Shown here: one piece after another, positions 28,469-36,916 of the stretch | How positions within the stretch are numbered: position 1 is the stretch's first letter | Layout of the letters: each line of letters starts with the position of its first letter | DNA from: a virus | Strand: one strand, 5' to 3' | DNA length: 64,000 bases | IMG/VR virus record: IMGVR_UViG_3300017752_000004 | Location: 1-64,000 of that record | Translations under genes and position numbers: made by a program | The notes under the pieces: generated by a model | Told to the model about the DNA's origin: nothing | The model's database searches: none | Seen by the model: only the letters and a program-made list of their open reading frames with translations

Positions 28469-29538
28469 AGTACTTTTTTAACAACGTCGCAAATTTGTTT
28501 AATTTCGGCATCTTTTAATTCTGGAAAAGACGGAAGCATAATAACTTTTTTATTAACATCTGCGGCATTTTCGTACACCTCGTTTGAAGCGTAAGGTTTC
28601 ATAGAGTTGACTGGATAAAACATCGGCCTTGTGTCTATGCCTTTTTTATTTAAATTTTCTTTTATTTCCTTAATTTTTGAGGAGTATATGGCAAACATCC
28701 AATTGGAGTGTTTTGCACCAACTGTCGTTTCTTGTAATTTTAAATTTTCTCCAATAGAGGAATTAAGGTTTTCTCTGTATGTATTGAATACTCTATCTTT
28801 TTCTGATAAAATTTCTTTGATTCTAAGCATTTGAGCATAGCCTAGAGCAGCTTGTATATTAGTCATTCTATAGTTATATCCAATATCACCGTGAATGTAA
28901 GTCTCATCTTGAGCTTGCCCTTTTAGGTATTTAACTTTTTCAAAAATACTAGCGTCATTTGTGGTGATCATGCCGCCTTCGCCAGTAGTCAGATTTTTAT
29001 TGCCAAAAAAACTAAACGCCGCACACTTGCCAAGTATGCCTGTTTTTTCACCATTTAAAGATGCCCCAATAGATTCGCATGCATCTTCTATGCATAATAT
29101 GTTATTTTCTTTGCACCACTCATATATTTCTTTGCCACATGGGTTACCTAACATATGAACCAAGAAAACAGCTTTTGTTTTTTTTGTTACCTTCTTTTTG
29201 ATTTCGTTAAGAGATATGTTCCATGTATTTTTGTCTATGTCGGCTAGAATTGGCGTAGCGTTACAGTACTTAACTGCATTTGCGCATGCAATAAAAGTTG
29301 AAGCTGGGATTATAACTTCGTCCCCCCTCTTAATTCCATTGCTGAGTAGGGATAAATGACAAGCCGATGTTCCGCTATTCAAGGATACAGAGTATTTAGA
29401 TCCAATAAATTTACTAAATTCATTTTCAAATAAATTTACATACTCTCCTATGGAAGAAAACCAACCTGAGTCAACGGCATCTTGGAGAACGTCTCTTTCT
29501 ACTTTTGTTATCCAGGGTTTGTAAATTGGTATTCTCAT
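28465..29538 (-). CDS. per: DegT/DnrJ family PLP aminotransferase, GDP-perosamine synthase-like
   Basis: SGWFSS.G, NSGTSACHL, EDACESIG, SFFGNKNLTTGEGG, GYNYRMTNIQAALG, IDTRPMF, LPS. Confidence 0.88.
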   Translation of the reverse strand: MRIPIYKPWITKVERDVLQDAVDSGWFSSIGEYVNLFENEFSKFIGSKYSVSLNSGTSACHLSLLSNGIKRGDEVIIPASTFIACANAVKYCNATPILADIDKNTWNISLNEIKKKVTKKTKAVFLVHMLGNPCGKEIYEWCKENNILCIEDACESIGASLNGEKTGILGKCAAFSFFGNKNLTTGEGGMITTNDASIFEKVKYLKGQAQDETYIHGDIGYNYRMTNIQAALGYAQMLRIKEILSEKDRVFNTYRENLNSSIGENLKLQETTVGAKHSNWMFAIYSSKIKEIKENLNKKGIDTRPMFYPVNSMKPYASNEVYENAADVNKKVIMLPSFPELKDAEIKQICDVVKKVL

Positions 29539-29792
29539 TTTTTATATTTAAACCATACAGCAAGCATTACTATAGCTGATAGTAAACTAAGTCCGTAATT
29601 AATCAACCACCAAAAATCAAACCCAATTCTTAGGATAGTATAATATATGGCAGAAATATAACCCACAATAGAAAGTATAAAAAGAGAAAGGCTTACATCT
29701 TCTACTTTTTTTGTTTTGATACTTTTTATTATTTGAGGCCAAATGCAAGTGCTAAAACAAACAGTATAAACTAACCCTAAGAATTGTTCCAT
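29535..29792 (-). CDS. SemiSWEET/PQ-loop sugar transporter-like membrane protein
   Basis: 85 aa, 3 TM helices, WPQIIKSIKTKKVEDVS. Confidence 0.8.
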   Translation of the reverse strand: MEQFLGLVYTVCFSTCIWPQIIKSIKTKKVEDVSLSLFILSIVGYISAIYYTILRIGFDFWWLINYGLSLLSAIVMLAVWFKYKK

Positions 29793-30454
29793 TCAAGCGC
29801 CTCCGATAACGTGGGAAATTTATCCAAGAAAATACGCTTGCAGCCTTCGGCTATTTGACGGTGTTCTTTTTGTGTTTCTTCTTGAGCGCGGAGATCAATG
29901 TAATGAATCCAGCTGCGCAGAGAACCAGACATATACATTGTTGTCTCTGTAGATAGCGGCAAAAGCATTCTAGCGCTTTCTCTAGCGACTCCAGCGTTTA
30001 TTAGCCTTTCGTAGGTTTTAAAAGCAAAATCAGTAAAGTCTTCAATGATGTAAGAAGCTGGCCGACTCATTTCGGCGAAGCATTCATCCATGATAACTGG
30101 GTCAACTGTCTCGTTACCAACCTGTCTATTCGTTTCTCCTTGTTTTCTAAGCTCAATAGGACAGAAATTTAAGGCTTCGGAATATCTTTGACTAAACTCT
30201 TGGAAGGAAAAAGATCGGTGTCTAAGAATTTGAGCAGCGATAGCTCGACTCGTTTTGATTTCCAATGTCATTGATGCCATTTCAAATGGCGACCAATGCT
30301 TATGCTTGATTAAGTATTTTAAAAGCTTCGGTGCTGTTTCTGTGTTTAGCTGATTGCTTGGGTTGCTGACGCGAGCGCAATAAGCGACAAGGTCTTCTGC
30401 GTTTTTTACCCCTTTAATTTCAGGCTTAGAAATGGATATTAATTTTACTGACAT
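29777..30454 (-). CDS. thyX: Flavin-dependent thymidylate synthase
   Basis: YCARVS, HWSPFE, QILRHRSFSFQEFSQRY, ARESAR.LLP, LRSWIHY..LR. Confidence 0.97.
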   Translation of the reverse strand: MSVKLISISKPEIKGVKNAEDLVAYCARVSNPSNQLNTETAPKLLKYLIKHKHWSPFEMASMTLEIKTSRAIAAQILRHRSFSFQEFSQRYSEALNFCPIELRKQGETNRQVGNETVDPVIMDECFAEMSRPASYIIEDFTDFAFKTYERLINAGVARESARMLLPLSTETTMYMSGSLRSWIHYIDLRAQEETQKEHRQIAEGCKRIFLDKFPTLSEALEWNNS

Positions 30455-30460
30455 CCATAT

Positions 30461-30488
30461 ATGCTATCTTAAGTATGGTTTTTGTCAA
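30461..30488 (-). promoter_or_regulatory. Sigma70-like promoter of thyX
   Basis: TTGACA-16 nt-TAGCAT, 6 nt before ATG. Confidence 0.6.
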
Positions 30489-30678
30489 TAGATATATACG
30501 CATCTCTAGATTTTTTCCACTCAGATCTATGCTTTTTTATCCAAGTTAGCAGTGCTACTTCAAACCCTATATCTTTTCCTTTTTTTTTAGACTCTATCCA
30601 TTTAAGTTCTAAAATTTCATCTCTTTCTGCTAGAAACTCCTTATATAGACTAGACCCTGTTGGAAAATTATAATTCAT
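30469..30678 (-). CDS. DUF4032-like small protein
   Basis: SSLYKEFLAERDEILELKWIESKK.G.DIGFE.AL..W..KHR..W. Confidence 0.7.
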   Translation of the reverse strand: MNYNFPTGSSLYKEFLAERDEILELKWIESKKKGKDIGFEVALLTWIKKHRSEWKKSRDAYISIDKNHT

Positions 30679-31562
30679 TAATCTTCATCCTGAATTTCTT
30701 TGACTTCAGCGAGGGAAGGGTTGATTTCAAGTAGGAAGGCATCGGATTCTAATTCTGCTTGTACTTTCTTGCCCGCTCTCCACTGCCTACAGGACCAATA
30801 TCTCGCTTTATATTTAGGCCCAGGATTTGTATCGCATTGATGTCTAGCTCTAAATGATTTACGTCTCGCTGGGTCGTCTCTTTTGATTTCCATATTTGGA
30901 TCTCCAAAGGTGACTTTTACAACATTGCCTTTGTCATTTTTTACATATACGCCAAATTTCTTTTTAGAACCTTTTGGAAGTCTGAATGGTTTATTTAAAG
31001 TTTTATTTTCCGCTTCTGTTTCGCACTCCCAATCTTCAGATTCTGAGTATTCTAATATTTCTGTGTCTGATATTTTCGAAGCTAAAAGGTCTATCTTGGC
31101 TAAGGCTAATTCTACTTTTGAATAATCGTCAAACATCGACTCGATTGTCAGGTCTAAAATTTCTTCTTCTGATGCTTTAGCTACGTCTTGGTCTGCCTTA
31201 CGATAAGAGTCTTTTACCTTTCCGCCTTTTACCATTTTTAAGAACATATTAACACGAGCCATCGCCCAGCTACCTCTTGTTTGTCCTGGTCTGTGTGAAG
31301 TGGAAAAAGCCCCTGCGCCCCTGCGATAAATCTTTTTAAGCATACCTAGGGTGACTTTTTTGCTAGATTTTTCGTTATGCTCTTTTACTTTGTTTTTGAG
31401 TGAAACTGTAACTTTCTCGCTAAAGGTGATTGCGCCAGCCGCAGAACCTGGCTCGTTTACGGAGGAGCCTCTTTTTTTTTCTTCTTTTTCCGCTGGTGTT
31501 TGTGCGGCGCTTTTGGGGCCTGAGCGATCAGCTTGAAGTTGTTTTGAGAAATCTAGTTCCAT
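30678..31562 (-). CDS. Modular phage protein (DUF5824-like and DUF6321-like basic domains), probably a head-associated late protein
   Basis: LKKIYRRGAGAF.TSHRPG....SWAMARVN and LNKPFR...KKFGVYVKN.KGNVVKV.FGDPNM.IKRDDP.RRKSFRARH.C...ARYWSC. Confidence 0.65.
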   Translation of the reverse strand: MELDFSKQLQADRSGPKSAAQTPAEKEEKKRGSSVNEPGSAAGAITFSEKVTVSLKNKVKEHNEKSSKKVTLGMLKKIYRRGAGAFSTSHRPGQTRGSWAMARVNMFLKMVKGGKVKDSYRKADQDVAKASEEEILDLTIESMFDDYSKVELALAKIDLLASKISDTEILEYSESEDWECETEAENKTLNKPFRLPKGSKKKFGVYVKNDKGNVVKVTFGDPNMEIKRDDPARRKSFRARHQCDTNPGPKYKARYWSCRQWRAGKKVQAELESDAFLLEINPSLAEVKEIQDED

Positions 31563-31591
31563 ACCTATATATTACACTTTTTTTAAAAAAT

Positions 31592-31879
31592 CTAACCCCA
31601 TATTTTGTAAGCTATAATTGCGGCAACAGATGTCAGCAGTCCGCTCATAAAGACCCAAGTTATTTTACTGAACCCATTCATAAATGCCCTAGTCTCAGCG
31701 GTTGATTTTTCCATTTCCATTATCCTTGAGTTCATATCTTCGATTTTTTTAAAAAGAACATCGGTTAAAGTCCCTAGTTGAATTAGCTTCTCTTCGGCTC
31801 TAGCTATAGAGATGATGGCGTCTGATAATTTATCAACCTTTTCCTCTATTCGGGTTAGTCTATCTGATTTTTCTGTCAT
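31592..31879 (-). CDS. Coiled-coil protein with one C-terminal TM helix (XhlA/holin-like)
   Basis: RLTRIEEKVDKL coiled coil; C-terminal hydrophobic helix. Confidence 0.55.
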   Translation of the reverse strand: MTEKSDRLTRIEEKVDKLSDAIISIARAEEKLIQLGTLTDVLFKKIEDMNSRIMEMEKSTAETRAFMNGFSKITWVFMSGLLTSVAAIIAYKIWG

Positions 31880-32027
31880 TAATATTAATTACACTAAATT
31901 ATTGAAAATCTTTTAGAAAAGAAGTATTATAAGTGCCTGCTGCCGCACAAGTGTTTACACTTTTTAATCGATTGGCATTAAAATAAAAAATTTATGATTT
32001 TGACGTTTTATAAGCAGTTAGAAACAC

Positions 32028-32062
32028 AAAAAAACGATTGAGCATATAGCAGCAATCGTTTT
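32028..32062 (-). terminator. Intrinsic terminator after nrdA
   Basis: AAAACGATTG...CAATCGTTTT stem with A-run on the + strand. Confidence 0.65.
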
Positions 32063-32088
32063 GTGTTATTTTATGTTAAAGGGCTGTA

Positions 32089-33735
32089 TTAGCCAGAGCA
32101 AGATTCACATTCGAGTAGATTTCTACTCAACTCTTGTGACGGATTTGTGCCTCTCTGGTAATAAAGGCTTTTGATACCTTGTTCCCAAGCAAAAATCATC
32201 AGTTGGCTTACATCCTTTGGTGATGATTTGGGATGAATCATAATATTTAAGCTTTGAGCTTGGTCAATGAACTTTTGGCGTTGAGCAGCTTGGATTAAAA
32301 CTTCTTTTTGGCTGATTTCTCCAAATGTTTTGAATACGTCTTTTTCCTCTTCGTTTAGGAAGTCCAAGTGTTGGACTGAGCCTCCGCTCACCAATACTGA
32401 TTTCCATATTTCTGGGGTATTTTTTTCGTATTTTTCTAGCAAATTTTCTAGGTGTGGGTTTTTATAAGTGAACTTTCCCTTAGCCAAATCCTTTACAAAA
32501 TAATTACTGTTCAGGGGTTCGATGCTAGGCGAAACTTGACCAAGAATAAAAGAACTGGATGTAGTTGGGGCAATAGCCATTGTAGTTACATTCCTCATTC
32601 CATACCCCTTTAGTAGTTCTGGTTCGCCATAAACTAAAGCCAATTGTTTGGATGCTTCTTGGGTTTTTTCAAAAATTAATTTATGAATTTCTGAGTTTAA
32701 TAGTTTTGCGTCGAAAGACTCAAACGGGATCATCTTAGATTGTAGGAACGAATGCCAGCCAAGCACACCAATACCAAGCGCTCTTTGGCGTTCTCCAAAT
32801 TTAGCTGGAGCCTCCATGAATGGTAGTTTCTCACATTTTTCAATAAACTCAGTCATAACCGAATCAAGGAAATATGTTAAAATTTCTGGAGCATCAGTAT
32901 CTTTCCATTCGTCGTAGTGAAGCAAATTCATCGAGGAAAGGTTACAAACAAAAGACTCGTCTTCGTTTGAATGCAGTGCTATCTCCGAACAAAGATTACT
33001 GGCATGAATTTTCAATCCTTTGTCTTGATAGACTTGTGGGGAGTTGTTATTCATGTTATCTGAAAAGAAAATATAAGGATACCCGCTCTCGAAACGCTTC
33101 TTAATGATTGCGCCCCAAATTTTTCTCTTGTCTTTGTCTCCAGCCAGCATTTCCTTCATCCATTCGTCGGTAATAGTTACCCCAATAGAGAGATTTTGAA
33201 TAGTGTTGCCGTCACCCCTGATCTTCAAAAATTCCAAAACATCTGGGTGCTCAACGGGAAGGTACGCAGCAAAACTACCCCTACGAACGTTTGACTGGGA
33301 AACAACATTTGAGATTGTTTCAAAGATCTCCATGAAGTGTACGGGGCCGTTAGACTTACCGCCGCTATTGATATCTGCGCCCCTTTCTCTTAGATCGCCA
33401 AAGTAGCCAGACGTTCCTCCTCCAGCTTTTGTCATCATTCCAACTTCAGCGGCTTTGTCCAAAATTCCATCCATCTTATCTGAGATGTATGAGCCAAAAC
33501 AAGAGATAGGAAGCCCACGCTCTAGTCCGAAGTTTGCCCAGATTGGGCTAGATAAACTAAACCAACCTCTTGACATATAATCTTCAAACTTATCAGCAAA
33601 GCCTGGGATGCCTAGCGTTTTTTGGGCAGCCCCCGCTATCTCTTTAATTCTCCCCTCTGGCGTTTGGTCGCCTTGAAGGTAACCGCGCTTGAGAAAAGTT
33701 TTTGAATCTTTGTTTAACCAGTAATATTTTTGCAT
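32089..33735 (-). CDS. nrdA: Class I ribonucleotide reductase alpha subunit (no ATP cone)
   Basis: SSPIWAN, PISCF, GGGTS, RRGSFAAY, SNLCSEI, CNLSS, AIAPTTSSS, DQAQS, C-terminal CESC; true start MQKYYW. Confidence 0.95.
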   Translation of the reverse strand: MQKYYWLNKDSKTFLKRGYLQGDQTPEGRIKEIAGAAQKTLGIPGFADKFEDYMSRGWFSLSSPIWANFGLERGLPISCFGSYISDKMDGILDKAAEVGMMTKAGGGTSGYFGDLRERGADINSGGKSNGPVHFMEIFETISNVVSQSNVRRGSFAAYLPVEHPDVLEFLKIRGDGNTIQNLSIGVTITDEWMKEMLAGDKDKRKIWGAIIKKRFESGYPYIFFSDNMNNNSPQVYQDKGLKIHASNLCSEIALHSNEDESFVCNLSSMNLLHYDEWKDTDAPEILTYFLDSVMTEFIEKCEKLPFMEAPAKFGERQRALGIGVLGWHSFLQSKMIPFESFDAKLLNSEIHKLIFEKTQEASKQLALVYGEPELLKGYGMRNVTTMAIAPTTSSSFILGQVSPSIEPLNSNYFVKDLAKGKFTYKNPHLENLLEKYEKNTPEIWKSVLVSGGSVQHLDFLNEEEKDVFKTFGEISQKEVLIQAAQRQKFIDQAQSLNIMIHPKSSPKDVSQLMIFAWEQGIKSLYYQRGTNPSQELSRNLLECESCSG

Positions 33736-33850
33736 TAGATTTTTTTCTTTTTGTAAATTAGCTTTTGCCCAAAGAGGCTGTAAGTTTGTATAGTTAAAGC
33801 ATAATAACTGATCTTGTTCTTTTGTCAAGATAAAGAATGCGCAGGGTTTT
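33736..33850 (-). pseudogene. Remnant of an HNH homing endonuclease C-terminus
   Basis: KPCAFFILTKEQDQLLCFNYTNLQPLWAKANLQK matches the phage HNH end motif HIkPcasFDL...CFHYTNLQPLW..N..K. Confidence 0.7.
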
Positions 33851-33878
33851 TCTTTTTTTGCATTTATTGCGCCGCTTC

Positions 33879-34850
33879 TTAAAACAGGTCATCTTCGTTG
33901 AAACTTCTATCCTTTTTTGAGTATTCTACTGGGCGTTTAAAAAAGAAGTCTGTCGCGCTGTTTCCCAAAACATCTTCCGAAAACCAAATTGTTTTATCTA
34001 CGACTTCCTTATCAACGTCAAAAACCTCATCCACGCCAATTTGTTTTAATGATTCGTTGAGTCTGTTTTTAATAAATTCTTTCAAGATGTCGGCGCTGAT
34101 ATTTTCTTTTGAGTAATCGCCCACAATCCAGTCAATAATTTTTGACTCAGCCTCAAAAGCGCAAACGGCTTCTTCTTTTAATCGAGAAATAAGATCGTCA
34201 TCAAAAATCTCTGGATATTCTTCCCTTAAAACATTAACTATTTTTGTGCCTACCTTTGCGTGGATATCTTCTTCTTTGCTTGTGTACGCAACTTGCTGAG
34301 CTGTGTCTTTTAGTAGGTTTTCGTATCGATTAAACCAGTTGATGACATAAAATTGACTAAACAATGATACGTTTTCCACGAACAAAGTAAATAAAATCAA
34401 AGAATATACATACTGTTTCTTTTCGTCTTTGTAACATTTATCGAGATACTTTCTCAAGTAATCAACTCTTCCTTTGATGATGTCGAGTTTAAGGTTTTCT
34501 TCAAAGGAGTCTTCTAACCCAAGAACGCTTAAAAGTCTTTCGTAAGCATTATTATGAATAACCTCAATGTTAGCCATAACGTAACCAAGATCAGTAATTC
34601 CTGGGTGTGGGAGATGTTCTCCAAGGTTTGCCCAAAACTTTTTAACAGAGACCTCGACCTGGCCAATAGCGGAAAGAGTTCTTTTCACCATCTCTCTTTC
34701 TTGGTCATTCATGGTTACCTTAAAATCTTGAACATCTGATTGGAAATTAAATTCCTTGTCTGTCCAAAATCCATTATGCATGGCGTTTACAAAGTCCTCT
34801 GTCCAGGGATAGAGGTTCGGTTTTCTAGAGATTTGTTCTTCGAATAACAT
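33879..34850 (-). CDS. nrdB: Ribonucleotide reductase beta subunit
   Basis: FWT..EF, QVE, EVIHNNAY, ENVSLFSQF, KEEDIH, DFF.KRP..YS; start MLFEEQ. Confidence 0.95.
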   Translation of the reverse strand: MLFEEQISRKPNLYPWTEDFVNAMHNGFWTDKEFNFQSDVQDFKVTMNDQEREMVKRTLSAIGQVEVSVKKFWANLGEHLPHPGITDLGYVMANIEVIHNNAYERLLSVLGLEDSFEENLKLDIIKGRVDYLRKYLDKCYKDEKKQYVYSLILFTLFVENVSLFSQFYVINWFNRYENLLKDTAQQVAYTSKEEDIHAKVGTKIVNVLREEYPEIFDDDLISRLKEEAVCAFEAESKIIDWIVGDYSKENISADILKEFIKNRLNESLKQIGVDEVFDVDKEVVDKTIWFSEDVLGNSATDFFFKRPVEYSKKDRSFNEDDLF

Positions 34851-34854
34851 ATGA

Positions 34855-35110
34855 ATCAATTTACACGATTGGGGCGGCATGTCAATTATTTTTAACAAAT
34901 TTGCAAAAATATTTTTTTGTACTTGACTTTCCGTGTACTCGATGTAAAATAGAGTATGATTACGAATGAGCGGACGAAGGACGCGAATGAGTAATTATAT
35001 AAGTATATATTAAATATTTAAAATATTTATAAGATATTTAATAAATATATACAAGAACAAGCCAAAAGATTTGTCTTGACTTTTTTTTATTTTTAGGTAT
35101 TCTCGTTAGA
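34855..35110. promoter_or_regulatory. Divergent promoter region with AT-rich tract; candidate replication origin
   Basis: Minus TTGACA(34885-34880)-16-TAAATT; plus TTGACT(34923)-16-TAAAAT and TTGACT(35076)-16-TATTCT; near-pure AT 34992-35052. Confidence 0.6.
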
Positions 35111-35111
35111 A

Positions 35112-35402
35112 ATGATTAAATTGGATAGTTCTAAAGAGAGTTTTTATTTCTGCACTACGGCTGGCTGGTCTACCGTAGTTCAAGCTAGCGATGAAAACAA
35201 AGCCGCAAGCGAGGCTATTACTAAGGGGATCGACGTGCTAGAGGATCTAGCAGAAGTTTCTCCGTGCATAAGAGTAAAGAAAATTGAAGAAAGTTTTGAA
35301 GATAAAGACTTTCTGATTAGAATAGATAAAGTATTCGCGGACATTGGGATGCATAAAGAATCTCGGTCGATTATAGAAATAATCAAAAACTTAAAAGGAT
35401 GA
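35112..35402 (+). CDS. Hypothetical protein
   Basis: First gene of the plus block; promoter 8 nt upstream. Confidence 0.7.
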   Translation: MIKLDSSKESFYFCTTAGWSTVVQASDENKAASEAITKGIDVLEDLAEVSPCIRVKKIEESFEDKDFLIRIDKVFADIGMHKESRSIIEIIKNLKG

Positions 35403-35983
35403 TTGGAATAGGCGGACTAGCTCGATCTGGCAAGGATACCCTTGCTAGTAATTTAAAGGAAATAATTAAAGAAGATTGGGAAATTGATGTAAAAATATTT
35501 TCTTTTGCTTTGCCTATGAAGTGCCAGTTGAATGATTTGCTTAAAAGTCATTATCACCTTTCACCATTCACGGAAGACTCGGAAGAAAAAAAGATCATCA
35601 GACCAATTTTGGTTGCTCACGCAGAGCAAATGAAGCAAAGATTTGGAAAAGATATTTGGCTTAAAGAATTGTTAGGTACGATTCATAAAGATCTAAGATA
35701 TAAGAATTTTTTCCCCATCATTTCTGATATAAGATTTGATTTTGAGGTAGAGGCTATAAAAAACGAAAATGGTCAAGTTATTCACATAGCAAAAGAAGGC
35801 AGTGAGCCGCCAAATGAAATTGAAGCACTGAACAGCCCTCTAGTAGCCAAAGAGGCCGATTTAAACCATACTTGGCCAGCCTATGATTTAGATCAAGTAG
35901 ATAAATGTATGGATCACGCGCATATTTTGTGGCAGATGTTAAAACAAACCCACGAAGAAAAATGGAAGAAGATCTATACTTAA
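35399..35983 (+). CDS. Deoxynucleoside monophosphate kinase
   Basis: IGIGGLARSGKDT, SFA..MK, R..L, ISDIRFDFE. Confidence 0.85.
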   Translation: MIGIGGLARSGKDTLASNLKEIIKEDWEIDVKIFSFALPMKCQLNDLLKSHYHLSPFTEDSEEKKIIRPILVAHAEQMKQRFGKDIWLKELLGTIHKDLRYKNFFPIISDIRFDFEVEAIKNENGQVIHIAKEGSEPPNEIEALNSPLVAKEADLNHTWPAYDLDQVDKCMDHAHILWQMLKQTHEEKWKKIYT

Positions 35984-36519
35984 TAAATAAAGTAAAAGAC
36001 GATAACGATACAGATTCAATTAACGAATTGATTGAAAGACATTCTGGGATTTACATCGACATGGTAAACAAATACATCCCAGACGCTATGGAGGGGCTTC
36101 ATAAGGAAGATATTATGCAAGACAGGTCGTTTTGCATTTATGATGCCGCCCTTAATTTTGATCAAAAAAAGAACACTAAATTCAGCACTTACATTGGTAA
36201 TTTAGCTAGATGGAAATGCTTGAATATTTACAATAAAAACATCAAGTTTCCGCAGTCTTGTATTTCTGATGTTTTTGATGAACGAATTTCTTGCAGCTCT
36301 GAAATAAATAATATAGAAAAAAGAGAAAATATCGAAAACATCTTTAAAGCGCTAAATAAAATACCAGACAAAAGAGCTAGAAAAATTTTCAAAATGAGAT
36401 ACAAGGATAGTGAAAAACTAACACCTTGGAGAAAAATTGCGAAAAAACTTGACTTATCAATTCAAGGGTGTATAAACATACACAATAAAAATTTAACAGA
36501 AATAAAAAAATATGTATAG
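35962..36519 (+). CDS. Phage-encoded sigma70-family sigma factor (regions 2 and 4)
   Basis: ELIERHSGIY..MV, EDIMQ...IYDAALNFDQKKNTKFSTY....RW; RARKIFKMRY...PWRKIAKKLDLS (HTH); start MEEDL. Confidence 0.88.
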   Translation: MEEDLYLINKVKDDNDTDSINELIERHSGIYIDMVNKYIPDAMEGLHKEDIMQDRSFCIYDAALNFDQKKNTKFSTYIGNLARWKCLNIYNKNIKFPQSCISDVFDERISCSSEINNIEKRENIENIFKALNKIPDKRARKIFKMRYKDSEKLTPWRKIAKKLDLSIQGCINIHNKNLTEIKKYV

Positions 36520-36916
36520 CAAAACAGTACTAGTAGGAAACCTCGCAAGAGATCCAGAATCACGCCAAGCAGGGGAAACGACTGTTACCCGTCTTGTTGT
36601 AGCAATTAACGACGCCTATTCTAAGGACAAGGTATCTTATGTGGACGTAGAAGCCTGGGGCAAACTTGGTGAGATTTGCCAAAAGTATCTAACTAAGGGG
36701 CGACAAGCTCTGGTAGATGGTCGGCTAGTCCAAGATGTATGGGTGAAGGATGGTCAAAAGCAGTCAAAGCTTTATGTAAAGGCTGACAATGTCCAATTTC
36801 TCGGAGGAAAGGGGGATAATCAAAAGGATGCGCCCCAAAGCTCAGCGCCATCAACTCCATCAACTCCATCAGCCCCAGCCTCACAATCAGGCTCGGACGA
36901 AGATATCCCATTCTAA
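36512..36916 (+). CDS. ssb: Single-stranded DNA-binding protein
   Basis: LVGNLARDPE, VEAWGKLGE, KGRQALVDGRL, Pro/Ser linker, DIPF tail. Confidence 0.95.
   Translation: MYSKTVLVGNLARDPESRQAGETTVTRLVVAINDAYSKDKVSYVDVEAWGKLGEICQKYLTKGRQALVDGRLVQDVWVKDGQKQSKLYVKADNVQFLGGKGDNQKDAPQSSAPSTPSTPSAPASQSGSDEDIPF

Noticed and set aside
33736-33828. 31-aa N-terminal extension of NrdA in the ORF track
   Set aside because: It is an HNH remnant starting at TTG; NrdA similarity begins at MQKYYW (33735).
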